A DNA stretch of 20,000 nucleotides from an uncultured virus (IMG/VR IMGVR_UViG_3300032322_002129) (IMGVR_UViG_3300032322_002129); one strand, 5' to 3'. Counted from the stretch's first letter, positions 8,886 through 17,263 are shown. Translations and numbers: made by a program. Notes: a model not told the origin generated them from the letters alone.

Positions 8886-9618
8886 AATCTTGCATTTTCG
8901 TACTCCAGAAGTATTTGCTACATATTTACAAAATAGATCTGCACCAACATGGTTTACAAAGGTATGTATCCACCACACGGCTATTCCTACGGTAGTACAA
9001 TGGCGTGGGCTGTCTACTATGCAAAATATGTTGTACTATTACCGTAGGCTTGGGTGGAAAAGCTTTCCTCATATCTTTGTTGCTCCTGATGGTGTGTGGC
9101 AAATGAATAACGTGCTTTTACGTGGCACGCACGCAAATGCAGCAAATGTGTTCTCTATTGGAGTAGAAGTAGTAGGTAACTATGATACTGGAGTGTGGCA
9201 AGAACCTATCCGCACGTATGCTGTGGAAACTATTCAGTTACTTCTTCAATGGAGATCGTTAAACAATCAAGATATTGTATTTCATCGATCATACAATCCT
9301 TCAAAATCTTGCCCAGGGAGGGCTATTACATTTCCTTGGGTGCAAGAGCAGCTAAATAACACTACTTCTGAAAATCGTACCTACAAAGTAATTACCGATC
9401 ACGCTCGTATTCGTCAAGGACCAGCAACATCATACCCAATTGCAGGTAAGCTGATGAGCGGAGATATGTTTATCTCTTCAGCAGTGAAGGAAGATGAGAC
9501 AGGGATGCACATTGGTGGGAAGAATACATGGGCGCACATTACAAAAGCAATCAAAGCACCAAACAATGTGGATTCTCTTGGCTTTGTTCATACAAGCCTC
9601 CTTGAACAAATTGGGTAA
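8830..9618 (+). CDS. Endolysin: Zn-dependent N-acetylmuramoyl-L-alanine amidase (Amidase_2) with C-terminal SH3b-like domain
   Basis: CIHHTA, HIFV, HANAANVFSIGVEVVGNY, FHR...KSCPG; C-terminal RIRQGPATSYPI...WAHI...GFVHTSLL. ATG 8830 with GGAG SD is preferred over TTG 8758 and overlaps the portal 3' end by 56 nt. Confidence 0.88.
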   Translation: MTNQIQNQQTPRQTFKNPEILHFRTPEVFATYLQNRSAPTWFTKVCIHHTAIPTVVQWRGLSTMQNMLYYYRRLGWKSFPHIFVAPDGVWQMNNVLLRGTHANAANVFSIGVEVVGNYDTGVWQEPIRTYAVETIQLLLQWRSLNNQDIVFHRSYNPSKSCPGRAITFPWVQEQLNNTTSENRTYKVITDHARIRQGPATSYPIAGKLMSGDMFISSAVKEDETGMHIGGKNTWAHITKAIKAPNNVDSLGFVHTSLLEQIG

Positions 9619-9621
9619 ATT

Positions 9622-9966
9622 ATGACAGATCCTTCTGCCGTTCTTGCTGCTATACGTGATGTAGGGCTAGCAGCAGTAATCATCCTCCTTTCATTATGGG
9701 GGATTTGGAAGGTTATCATTCCGGCAATTATTGATCAGCAACAGCAACAGACTGACTTCTATGTAGCGGAGATTAAATCTTTGAGACAAGAAGCTCGCGA
9801 AGATAAACAGCGAATGTTTGAAGCGTTTAATCAAAACTCCGAAGTAAACAAAGCTCTACAAGCTGCGCTTAATAACATTAGCGCGCAAATAGTAGAACTC
9901 TCTCGTGATGTCGTAGCTCTACAAGAAAAAGTAGACAGTATTAGTAAGGAGCAAACCAATGTTTGA
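9622..9966 (+). CDS. Holin-like / lysis-associated membrane protein (1 TM plus coiled coil, BhlA/UviB-like architecture)
   Basis: Hydrophobic VGLAAVIILLSLWGIWKVII then a long heptad-rich helix; directly follows the amidase. Confidence 0.55.
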   Translation: MTDPSAVLAAIRDVGLAAVIILLSLWGIWKVIIPAIIDQQQQQTDFYVAEIKSLRQEAREDKQRMFEAFNQNSEVNKALQAALNNISAQIVELSRDVVALQEKVDSISKEQTNV

Positions 9967-10282
9967 TTTTTCTACCATGACCGCGCAAGATGTTGTTCTT
10001 GTCATTTCACCATTTCTCTCTGTTATTGCTACGTATCTTATCGCTCAAGAAAGCTGGTCAAAACCAGTAAAAGCAGCAGTAGCATTTATTATTTCAGCAC
10101 TCTTTGCAGCACTTGTAGCATACAGTCAAGGATCGCTGGTGGATAACTTCTGGGATAATTTCTTAGTTGTATATACTATTGCACAAGGTATCTACTGGTC
10201 TGTGTTTAAGGGTGTAGGTCTGGAAAAGTATCTGCCTAAGCAGCCTGTAGAGGCTTCAGAAAAGCAGCCACTTGACAGCTAA
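9959..10282 (+). CDS. Putative holin (about 3 TM segments)
   Basis: 107 aa, three hydrophobic segments, charged C-tail, within the lysis block; SD AAGGAG. Confidence 0.65.
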   Translation: MFDFSTMTAQDVVLVISPFLSVIATYLIAQESWSKPVKAAVAFIISALFAALVAYSQGSLVDNFWDNFLVVYTIAQGIYWSVFKGVGLEKYLPKQPVEASEKQPLDS

Positions 10283-10300
10283 GTAATGTTGTGGTATAGT
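10272..10300 (+). promoter_or_regulatory. Consensus sigma70/sigmaA promoter with extended -10
   Basis: TTGACA (10272-10277), 17 nt spacer, TGg-TATAGT (-10 at 10295-10300). Confidence 0.85.
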
Positions 10301-10325
10301 GGGTGTGTGAAATGCACACCCACTA
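10297..10325. repeat. Inverted repeat overlapping the -10 box and start site
   Basis: TAGTGGGTGTG-tgaaatg-CACACCCACTA, 11-bp perfect arms plus a T.G pair. Confidence 0.8.
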
Positions 10326-10339
10326 CAAAGGATGTGTGT

Positions 10340-11104
10340 ATGACAACGATTATTCATGATGACTGTGTGCGCGGGCTACAAACACTACCACCAAACAGTG
10401 TAGACGTAATCTTTATCGATCCACCATACAACACTGGGGTAACAGAAGATAAAACACCAAAATACTCGCGTAATGAAGATTATGTAAAAAAGAACTGGAA
10501 GAGCTTTCATGCAGACTGGGATGTTATCGATGATTATTATCAGTGGGCTAGAAGTTGGTTGAGTGAGAGTAAACGAGTACTAAAAGAACACGGATCAGTC
10601 TTTATTTGCGGTAGTTTTCATAACATTCCAGATGTTGCAATGGCATTACGTAGTTTGAACTGTTACACTATTCAATGGATCTCTTGGTGTATTCCAAATA
10701 GTTTTCCTAATTTGTCTATGACAAAGATGGTGAGTTCTAATCAGGTTTTAATTTGGGCGCGCGCAAACAGTAAACACTTCTACGACGCAGAAGCAGCAAA
10801 GCGGTACAATGACGGTAAAAACCTACGCGATTATTGGGTTATTCCAAACAATACTTCAGAAAATAAAGGAAAAGTTTGGTTACGACATCCAAGCAAAAAG
10901 CCTACAGAGCTGGTTCAACGAGCTATTGATATTGCATTACCAAAAGAAAACAACGTACACGTAGTAGACTTTTTTGCTGGTAGTGGAACGACAGGGTCAG
11001 TGTGTAAGCGTCTATCACAAATGTACAATATTGATATTAATTGTACACTGATTGAACGTGAAGAGCAATACGTTTCATGGATTACAGAAAGGATGCGCTC
11101 ATGA
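10340..11104 (+). CDS. DNA amino-methyltransferase, beta class (CcrM/DpnA-like)
   Basis: IFIDPPYN, ICGSFHNI, W...PN.FPN, NDGKNLRDYWVIP, HPSKKP, VVDFFAGSGTT. ATG 10340 with AAAGGA SD; the track start at 10286 lies upstream of the promoter's start site. Confidence 0.88.
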   Translation: MTTIIHDDCVRGLQTLPPNSVDVIFIDPPYNTGVTEDKTPKYSRNEDYVKKNWKSFHADWDVIDDYYQWARSWLSESKRVLKEHGSVFICGSFHNIPDVAMALRSLNCYTIQWISWCIPNSFPNLSMTKMVSSNQVLIWARANSKHFYDAEAAKRYNDGKNLRDYWVIPNNTSENKGKVWLRHPSKKPTELVQRAIDIALPKENNVHVVDFFAGSGTTGSVCKRLSQMYNIDINCTLIEREEQYVSWITERMRS

Positions 11105-12054
11105 CAAATACACTCACGCTTGGTATTGTTATTCCTACTGTTGGTTTACATAATGTAACACATGATTGTATTACGAGGCTTGTGGTTAATTTACTAAATC
11201 CAAAACAAACACAGATCATTATTGTAGACAATCTTTATAATGGTCAAAATCTATCAGCACTCGAAGAAGAGCTAAAGCAGTTTGCAGAAGGCAGTTGTAT
11301 TGTACGAAATACCAACAATCTAGGATATTGGGATAGTCTTATTGCTGGTATCAAACTTCTACACACCGATCTTGCATTGTGTATGCACAACGATGTGTAT
11401 ATTTATGAGCAGGATTTTGATCAGCGTATTATCAATGAGTTTCTTATTAACGATAAGTTAGGTATTGCTGGTTTCTTCGGGGGTAGGGGCTTGAGTATTG
11501 ATGGTGGTAGGGGTCATCCTGAGAGCAACATGGTTGGTAGGTATGATGGAACACACGGCAGTCTGCACGGGGCTATTTTAAAAGAATCACATCCAGCAGT
11601 AGTATTTGATTCTCTTGCAATGATCTTTCGGGTGAAGTATCTGTTGAGTGTTGATTATACTGACTTGCCCCCGCATCATTGGTGTGATCGTCTTATCTGC
11701 TTACGTATGATGAAAGCAGGGTTTAATCTCCTCACTATTGGTATTGAGTTTGATCATGGTGGATCATATACATCAAACGCAACATACAATGGTGAATCAT
11801 TGCTAGAGTCTTTCTCTCGTGAATGGTGTACGAGTAAAGGTTTATCGAGGCTTGAAAACTGGAACCATACGCTCTATATGTATGGTTTAAATATGTTCCA
11901 GCAAGAGTACCGTGCGTTTGTGGGAAATGATCAACCTATTTGGGTACGAAAGCATAGCTTTTACGATTGGAAGCATGTGTATTATCAACTGCATTGGTAT
12001 CAGGATATTGCAGATGGGATGATAACTGCGGATAAGCTAGATCGAAAGGATTAG
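11101..12054 (+). CDS. Glycosyltransferase, GT-A fold (family 2-like)
   Basis: LGIVIPT, IIIVDN, NTNNLGY, CMHNDV (DxD-equivalent), VVFDSL, HHWCDRLIC. ATG 11101 with AGAAAGGA SD; ATGA overlap with the MTase. Confidence 0.8.
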   Translation: MTNTLTLGIVIPTVGLHNVTHDCITRLVVNLLNPKQTQIIIVDNLYNGQNLSALEEELKQFAEGSCIVRNTNNLGYWDSLIAGIKLLHTDLALCMHNDVYIYEQDFDQRIINEFLINDKLGIAGFFGGRGLSIDGGRGHPESNMVGRYDGTHGSLHGAILKESHPAVVFDSLAMIFRVKYLLSVDYTDLPPHHWCDRLICLRMMKAGFNLLTIGIEFDHGGSYTSNATYNGESLLESFSREWCTSKGLSRLENWNHTLYMYGLNMFQQEYRAFVGNDQPIWVRKHSFYDWKHVYYQLHWYQDIADGMITADKLDRKD

Positions 12055-12056
12055 TT

Positions 12057-12602
12057 ATGAACAGTACTATGAGTAGTGTAACATTACAGGCATCTAGTGT
12101 AGAGACTATTGAAGACGCTCAAATGATGCGTGAGATTAGAAACAGTGTGCGCGAGTATATGACACGTGATACAGATAACATTACACCAGAACAACAATAT
12201 CAATGGTTCTATAGTATGTATACATCTAGTAAATATGATGCGTATTTATTTTATAGCGCGCACGGATGCTGTGTAGGTTATGGTATGCTTACATCTTCTG
12301 ATGATAAGGTATGGGGAACGCTAGCAGTAAAGAAAGAGTTTCAAAATCAAGGATATGGGACTGCTATTTATCAATACCTTACTAGAGTATGTGCAGAGTT
12401 TAAAGAGCAGTATGAAGATCATTTTTATAAGGGCGAAGTGTATCACTATTTTTCAAAACTGTATGAAGATCTGTGGATTGAAATCTATGCAGATAATGCG
12501 GAAAGTCTGCGAGCAGCACAAAAGGCAGGATTTGAAACAGTACATGTGGGCGACAAGGTAGTTACGCTTGTTCATAGAGGAAGGAACGCAGATGAATCCT
12601 GA
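12057..12602 (+). CDS. GNAT-family N-acetyltransferase (PseH-like N-terminus)
   Basis: REIRN.VREYM...ITPEQQYQWF, VGYG, acetyl-CoA motif A LAVKKEFQNQGYGT, motif B EIYADNAESLRAAQKAGF. Confidence 0.82.
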   Translation: MNSTMSSVTLQASSVETIEDAQMMREIRNSVREYMTRDTDNITPEQQYQWFYSMYTSSKYDAYLFYSAHGCCVGYGMLTSSDDKVWGTLAVKKEFQNQGYGTAIYQYLTRVCAEFKEQYEDHFYKGEVYHYFSKLYEDLWIEIYADNAESLRAAQKAGFETVHVGDKVVTLVHRGRNADES

Positions 12603-13686
12603 ACGCACTATTCCACTATTTAAAGTATTTATGTCAAATCAAGCAAAGGCTAATGTACAAGAGGTATTAAATAGTGGGTACATTGGTCAAGGGCCATATG
12701 TAGAAAAGTTTGAAGATCTATTTGCTAATTATGTAAAGTCAGATAAACCTATTATTTCACTCAACTCTGCTACATCTGGTTTGCAGCTTGCTTGTTATAT
12801 GATTGGCTTGCGTGAAGGCGATGAGGTAATCACTACACCAATTACGTGTACTGCTACACAGACTGGTATTGTGAGTAGTAAGGCTACGATTGTATGGGGT
12901 GATGTTGATCCGCGCACAGGTTTGCTTGACGTCGATGATGTGCGGGCTAAAATGACAAAACACACAAAAGCCATCATTGCCACCAATTGGGGTGGTAGAA
13001 AGCCTAACTATGTTGAACTAAAAAAGTTAGGTGTACCAGTTATTGAAGATGCAGCCCATGGGCCATATGAAGTAACAGAGAATAGTGGTGATTACATCGT
13101 ATGGTCAACACAAGCTATCAAGTTTCTTACTACTGGAGATGGTGGGATGTTGTACTGCTCAGATCCAGAACGTGCACGCTTACTACGTTGGTATGGGCTT
13201 GATCGTCGATCCTCTAAAGATTTCCGCTGTGCACAGGATATTCAAGAAGCAGGGTTTAAGTATCATATGAATGATATTGCTGCTGCTATTGGATGTGGGA
13301 ATATTAGGTATTTAAAGTCTTTAATTAACGCGCACAAACGACATGCGCGTGCATATGAAAATTTGTTGACTGTAGACAGACCGTCATATGATCCAGAATG
13401 TCCATACTGGATTTACACCATTTTCTGTAAAAATCCTACGTTGTTAAGTGAACAACTAAAGAACTTTGGTATTGATTCCAGCCCAGTGCATGCGCGAAAT
13501 GACAAACACACTGCATTTCGTCGTATTGCAAAATATAGTGATAATACTGGTGTAGTAGAGTATGACAGCACACAGCTAAACATCCCTGTTGGTTGGTGGC
13601 TAGACAGGAATGACACGGGGATTGTAGACGATCTCGCATACATTGCTGATATAGTAAATGCACTAGTCGAAAGGATGGGCTTATGA
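12592..13686 (+). CDS. DegT/DnrJ/EryC1/StrS-family PLP-dependent NDP-sugar aminotransferase
   Basis: SGYIGQGPYVEKFE, NSATSGL, GDEVITTPIT, IEDAAH, WSTQAIKFLTTGDGG (PLP Lys), GFKYHMNDIAAAIG. ATG 12592 after GAGGAAGGA. Confidence 0.92.
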   Translation: MNPERTIPLFKVFMSNQAKANVQEVLNSGYIGQGPYVEKFEDLFANYVKSDKPIISLNSATSGLQLACYMIGLREGDEVITTPITCTATQTGIVSSKATIVWGDVDPRTGLLDVDDVRAKMTKHTKAIIATNWGGRKPNYVELKKLGVPVIEDAAHGPYEVTENSGDYIVWSTQAIKFLTTGDGGMLYCSDPERARLLRWYGLDRRSSKDFRCAQDIQEAGFKYHMNDIAAAIGCGNIRYLKSLINAHKRHARAYENLLTVDRPSYDPECPYWIYTIFCKNPTLLSEQLKNFGIDSSPVHARNDKHTAFRRIAKYSDNTGVVEYDSTQLNIPVGWWLDRNDTGIVDDLAYIADIVNALVERMGL

Positions 13687-14441
13687 AAAAATTAGTACTA
13701 TTTGCAGTACCAACATACAAAAAGCTTCAGATGTGCGCGGATCTTGTACAATCAGTTCCAGACGAAACAGATATTGCTATCTACAATCGGTTAATTATTG
13801 ATAACAGTGGTGGTGAAGTAAAGCGTCAATTTCCTGATCTTGAGTCACGCTGTATGATTGCTACTCCAGTACATAATATTGGTGTTGCGCGATCTTTTAA
13901 TCTTGCTCTCCATATTGGAAGCGTGTATGAGTATGATTATGTGATTATCAGTAATGATGATCTTGTATTACGTCCAGATACGCTTGATACGCTTGTAGCA
14001 GCAGCAATTGAGCAAGACAGTGATCACAAGAAGCTGATCTTTTGTACTAGTGGTGGTGGGTTAAATGCGTTTTCTCTTTTTCTTGCACCCCCCACAGAGC
14101 TGATTAAGCGTGTTGGTTTCTTTGAGGTAGCGTATTTTAGCTATCTAGAAGATAACGATATGCACTATCGACTACAGCTCTACGGAGCTGATCTCGTACG
14201 TGTACCTGGATGTGATGTAGAATCGCATGAAGTTAGTGCTACTATTAAAGAGTTCATTGGTGCAGAAGTTGAACACTTCCACAGATATCGTGCAAAGGGT
14301 ACACAGGAGTATCTACGTAAGTGGGGAGGTGGCCCACATGCAGAGGTCTATCAGACACCATATGACAGTGGACTTGACAGTACAACCTGGCATCGTGTAT
14401 ACTATTGCAAGGAAGATCCTATCAACCTTCCAGATTACTAA
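13683..14441 (+). CDS. Glycosyltransferase, GT-A fold (family 2-like)
   Basis: FAVPTY, LIIDNS, HNIGVARSFN, ISNDDL, VGFFE..YFSYLEDNDMHYRL, YLRKWGG. ATGA overlap with the aminotransferase. Confidence 0.85.
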   Translation: MKKLVLFAVPTYKKLQMCADLVQSVPDETDIAIYNRLIIDNSGGEVKRQFPDLESRCMIATPVHNIGVARSFNLALHIGSVYEYDYVIISNDDLVLRPDTLDTLVAAAIEQDSDHKKLIFCTSGGGLNAFSLFLAPPTELIKRVGFFEVAYFSYLEDNDMHYRLQLYGADLVRVPGCDVESHEVSATIKEFIGAEVEHFHRYRAKGTQEYLRKWGGGPHAEVYQTPYDSGLDSTTWHRVYYCKEDPINLPDY

Positions 14442-14450
14442 GAGGTATTT

Positions 14451-14771
14451 ATGAAAAACTCACGTGGTGCTACTATCAATCGACTCATCGTATCAGAAGC
14501 AGCATTAGTAACTAATAAAATTATTATTACTGCTGTCACTGGAAAAAAGATTTATATTCATCAAATGTATCTTGACACAGCAATTAATAATAATACTATT
14601 ATTTTTAAATCAAATGGTACGCCCATTGCTCCAAGTTTTTACTTTGCAAACAAAGGTGATGCGCTTATTCTACCTTTAGCTGATGAAGTTGGTTGGTTTG
14701 TTGGAGATACAAATCTAAGCATCAGTTGTGATGGTGGTTTTACTGGTTTCATTATGTATACGCAGGAATAG
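14451..14771 (+). CDS. Small beta-strand-rich hypothetical protein, possibly virion-associated
   Basis: GAGG SD; 106 aa rich in I/T/G/N, pattern AVTGKKIYI...IIFKS...; the structural role is an inference. Confidence 0.55.
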   Translation: MKNSRGATINRLIVSEAALVTNKIIITAVTGKKIYIHQMYLDTAINNNTIIFKSNGTPIAPSFYFANKGDALILPLADEVGWFVGDTNLSISCDGGFTGFIMYTQE

Positions 14772-14802
14772 TGTGCGCGCACAATAAAAGAAAGGATACG
14801 TT

Positions 14803-15369
14803 ATGATTGACCCCACATACAAAAAGCAGGTAGAGGATATTATTAACTCTCAGAGATTTGAAACACTATTATCAGCCCAAATGAATGATTCTGATTGGCC
14901 ACGGTTTATGGTATTTGAAAGTCACTTCAGTCATCCACAATACGATGATTGGAATAGTGGTAGTGATGGTTTAAGCTACATGGATAAATCTCCAGCACGC
15001 ACTGAGTGGATGTGGGACACAGCTCTTCAAGCATTCTCGTACTGTAGTAGATCGTTTAAAAGTAATGAAGACCTTATTCGCTATACTCTTGAAATGCACA
15101 ATGCAAAAAATAGCGATTATGGAAATCAAAAAAGCCCATGGACAAACATTTTTGCATGTGAACGTGTGATGGGGCTTCCAGCAGAGATAGGTATTATGGT
15201 GCGTATGCTTGATAAGGTGAGTCGATACCGACAGCTCACGAAAGCAAACTACACACCACGGGTAGAAGAGTCATTGCTTGATACCGTATTTGATATTGCA
15301 TCGTACGCATGTATGCTCCTCTGTATTGAGCAGCTACCAGAATCAGAACGTACAGCATTGGTGTGGTAG
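14803..15369 (+). CDS. DUF1599 / nucleotide-modification-associated domain 1 (Nmad1)-like all-alpha protein with N-terminal extension
   Basis: C-half AKNSDYG...N...GIMVRMLDKVSR...EESLLDTVFDIASY matches the KN.DYG / R..DK..R / ES..DT..D...Y pattern of this family. Confidence 0.75.
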   Translation: MIDPTYKKQVEDIINSQRFETLLSAQMNDSDWPRFMVFESHFSHPQYDDWNSGSDGLSYMDKSPARTEWMWDTALQAFSYCSRSFKSNEDLIRYTLEMHNAKNSDYGNQKSPWTNIFACERVMGLPAEIGIMVRMLDKVSRYRQLTKANYTPRVEESLLDTVFDIASYACMLLCIEQLPESERTALVW

Positions 15370-15402
15370 TTTCTTAGGTAGTATTAGGGTAAAATTGGGG
15401 TA

Positions 15403-15431
15403 TTGACAACGCTTGAAAAGTATGCTATACT
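15403..15431 (+). promoter_or_regulatory. Consensus sigma70/sigmaA promoter with extended -10
   Basis: TTGACA (15403-15408), 17 nt spacer, TGc-TATACT (-10 at 15426-15431), in an intergenic gap. Confidence 0.88.
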
Positions 15432-15455
15432 GTTACCGTGATGTAGCAGTATAGC
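15424..15455. repeat. Inverted repeat containing the -10 box
   Basis: GCTATACTGTTAC-cgtgat-GTAGCAGTATAGC, 13-bp arms with one T.G pair. Confidence 0.8.
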
Positions 15456-15482
15456 CTACACGATAGGTAGAAAGTAGTAAGT

Positions 15483-15695
15483 GTGGCAAAGCATCGAACA
15501 TTAAAAGAAGAAACAGAGTTTACTGTAGGTAGTAAGGTGCGGGTTACTGATAAAAACACAGAACATTACCAACAAGTAGGAGAAGTAGTACGTTTAGGAT
15601 CTGCTGGTGAGGTATTGTATATTATGGTGTTGTTTCCTGGTTATATCACACCGCGCACATTTGTGCATCAGCAGATAGAGTTAGAAAGGGTGTAA
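15483..15695 (+). CDS. Small KOW/SH3-like beta-barrel protein
   Basis: GTG start; FTVGSKVRVTD...QVGEVVRLG...IMVLF pattern. Confidence 0.55.
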   Translation: MAKHRTLKEETEFTVGSKVRVTDKNTEHYQQVGEVVRLGSAGEVLYIMVLFPGYITPRTFVHQQIELERV

Positions 15696-15696
15696 T

Positions 15697-16248
15697 ATGG
15701 ATTATTATGGTGTTCGCACTATTGATCTTGCCCACGCAGTAACAAGGTTTTTTAATTTACACTACACACTACCTGATGAAGAGGTAAAAGCAGTAAGTAC
15801 CGTAAATCACCTACAGGCTTTGTGGGAGCGTAAGCGTGGTGGTTGGCTTCGGATCAAGCACGATGTGCTATCATACACAGCACGATCAGGGTTTCTGAGC
15901 TTTGTAGTTACTCCAAGTGAGTTTACTATCAAGCTCTATAAAATACCATACTTCCCACAGCCAAAAGGAGCAATTCCTATTGTACATATTACCTATTATG
16001 CTCCTACATATGCTCAAGGACGTACCACAAGTACCAGAAGTGTTTCTGTGTACATTGATAAATCAATCGATCTTTTATCGCAGAATCTAGTAAGTGTTGC
16101 TCCTCTTTATACTATTGATAATCCGTTAGGTTTTAATGGTTTTCTGGAAAACCTTTTAGAAGAAACATCTGATGGAATTATTCGTACAGATTGGATGACG
16201 AGGAGTGCTGCTCGGGATCTTTTATACGCTATGCGCACATATCGATAA
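15697..16248 (+). CDS. Hypothetical protein
   Basis: 183-aa ORF, SD AGAAAGGG, packed between neighbours; no motif recognised. Confidence 0.7.
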   Translation: MDYYGVRTIDLAHAVTRFFNLHYTLPDEEVKAVSTVNHLQALWERKRGGWLRIKHDVLSYTARSGFLSFVVTPSEFTIKLYKIPYFPQPKGAIPIVHITYYAPTYAQGRTTSTRSVSVYIDKSIDLLSQNLVSVAPLYTIDNPLGFNGFLENLLEETSDGIIRTDWMTRSAARDLLYAMRTYR

Positions 16249-16262
16249 TATAGGGGGTAATT

Positions 16263-17027
16263 ATGTTCTTTGGGCCAATCGTAACCAACATGGGTAGTAG
16301 GGCTTCGTTCATTGATACGCTTGCACGATGGGATAAGCAGAACTTTACCAGTGTGAAGGTGATTACTGGATGGGGGCTGTCTGGTGGTTGGAGTTCTAAT
16401 GATCGCGCACAAATCCTTTCGTTTACATCTAATCCTATCGTGCGTACCGTAGCTGGAGATCCTTCTTCACGTCGTCATCCTCTACCCCATCCTGGTATTA
16501 TTATCGATGAGTTACGACCGTGGCTTGACATGAAGTTCAACCTTATGGTAGAATTAGGTAATGAGCCAAACATCAAGCCTGTAGAAGATCGCTTTATCTG
16601 GGAGTATCGTTATTTTCTGGATCAGAGCATTGATCTTGTGCGGCGAATGTATCCACACGCACACATCATTGCACCAGCACTTATTGTCAACAACACGGCA
16701 CAGCGATGGTTTGATGTGTGTAAAAATGTATTTGAGAAGTGTGACAGTGTAGGTATTCATGCCTATGAGCATATCAGTTTTTCACCACTGGATAACATTC
16801 CCCGCACAAATCAACTAGCTACGCTGAATACAATGTATGAGGAAGTTAAAAAGCCAAAAGTCATGACAGAATATGGTATCAACGATTCAAAGGTATCAAA
16901 AGTGGTAAAACTGCGTGAGTATATGGAGATGCTGCCAAAGCTCAAGGCTTTGGGATATATTGGAGCTACATTTTATCACATTAATGTAAAAGAGGATATT
17001 GATCCGCAATATCATATTCCAGTATAG
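16263..17027 (+). CDS. Glycoside hydrolase, clan GH-A-like TIM barrel
   Basis: Acid/base VELGNEPN, VGIHAYE and nucleophile VMTEYG in canonical order; no signal peptide evident. Confidence 0.75.
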   Translation: MFFGPIVTNMGSRASFIDTLARWDKQNFTSVKVITGWGLSGGWSSNDRAQILSFTSNPIVRTVAGDPSSRRHPLPHPGIIIDELRPWLDMKFNLMVELGNEPNIKPVEDRFIWEYRYFLDQSIDLVRRMYPHAHIIAPALIVNNTAQRWFDVCKNVFEKCDSVGIHAYEHISFSPLDNIPRTNQLATLNTMYEEVKKPKVMTEYGINDSKVSKVVKLREYMEMLPKLKALGYIGATFYHINVKEDIDPQYHIPV

Positions 17028-17053
17028 TGTAGGATAGTAGAAAGGATGTTCGT

Positions 17054-17263
17054 ATGTCACAACCAGTATATATCGTGCAAGTAAAGTTTACTAGTCCACA
17101 AAAAGCAGAGCTATTTGCACGATGGATGTCACAACACGCGGTGCATGATTATGCACAATATTCACAAATGAGCGGTCAGGATACTGGTGTTTCGATGTTT
17201 GTGCGCGAACGACAAGATAGAGATCTACCACACATTACTTTCATCAACGCAATGGGAGTATAG
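17054..17263 (+). CDS. Hypothetical protein
   Basis: 69 aa, SD AGAAAGGA. Confidence 0.7.
   Translation: MSQPVYIVQVKFTSPQKAELFARWMSQHAVHDYAQYSQMSGQDTGVSMFVRERQDRDLPHITFINAMGV

Noticed and set aside
10340..11104. Restriction-modification system
   Set aside because: No adjacent ORF resembles a restriction endonuclease; neighbours are a holin and a glycosyltransferase.
11101..14441. Host O-antigen/capsule locus (bacterial chromosome rather than phage)
   Set aside because: No flippase, polymerase or dehydratase genes. The cluster shares the SD style and octamer enrichment of the flanking phage genes.
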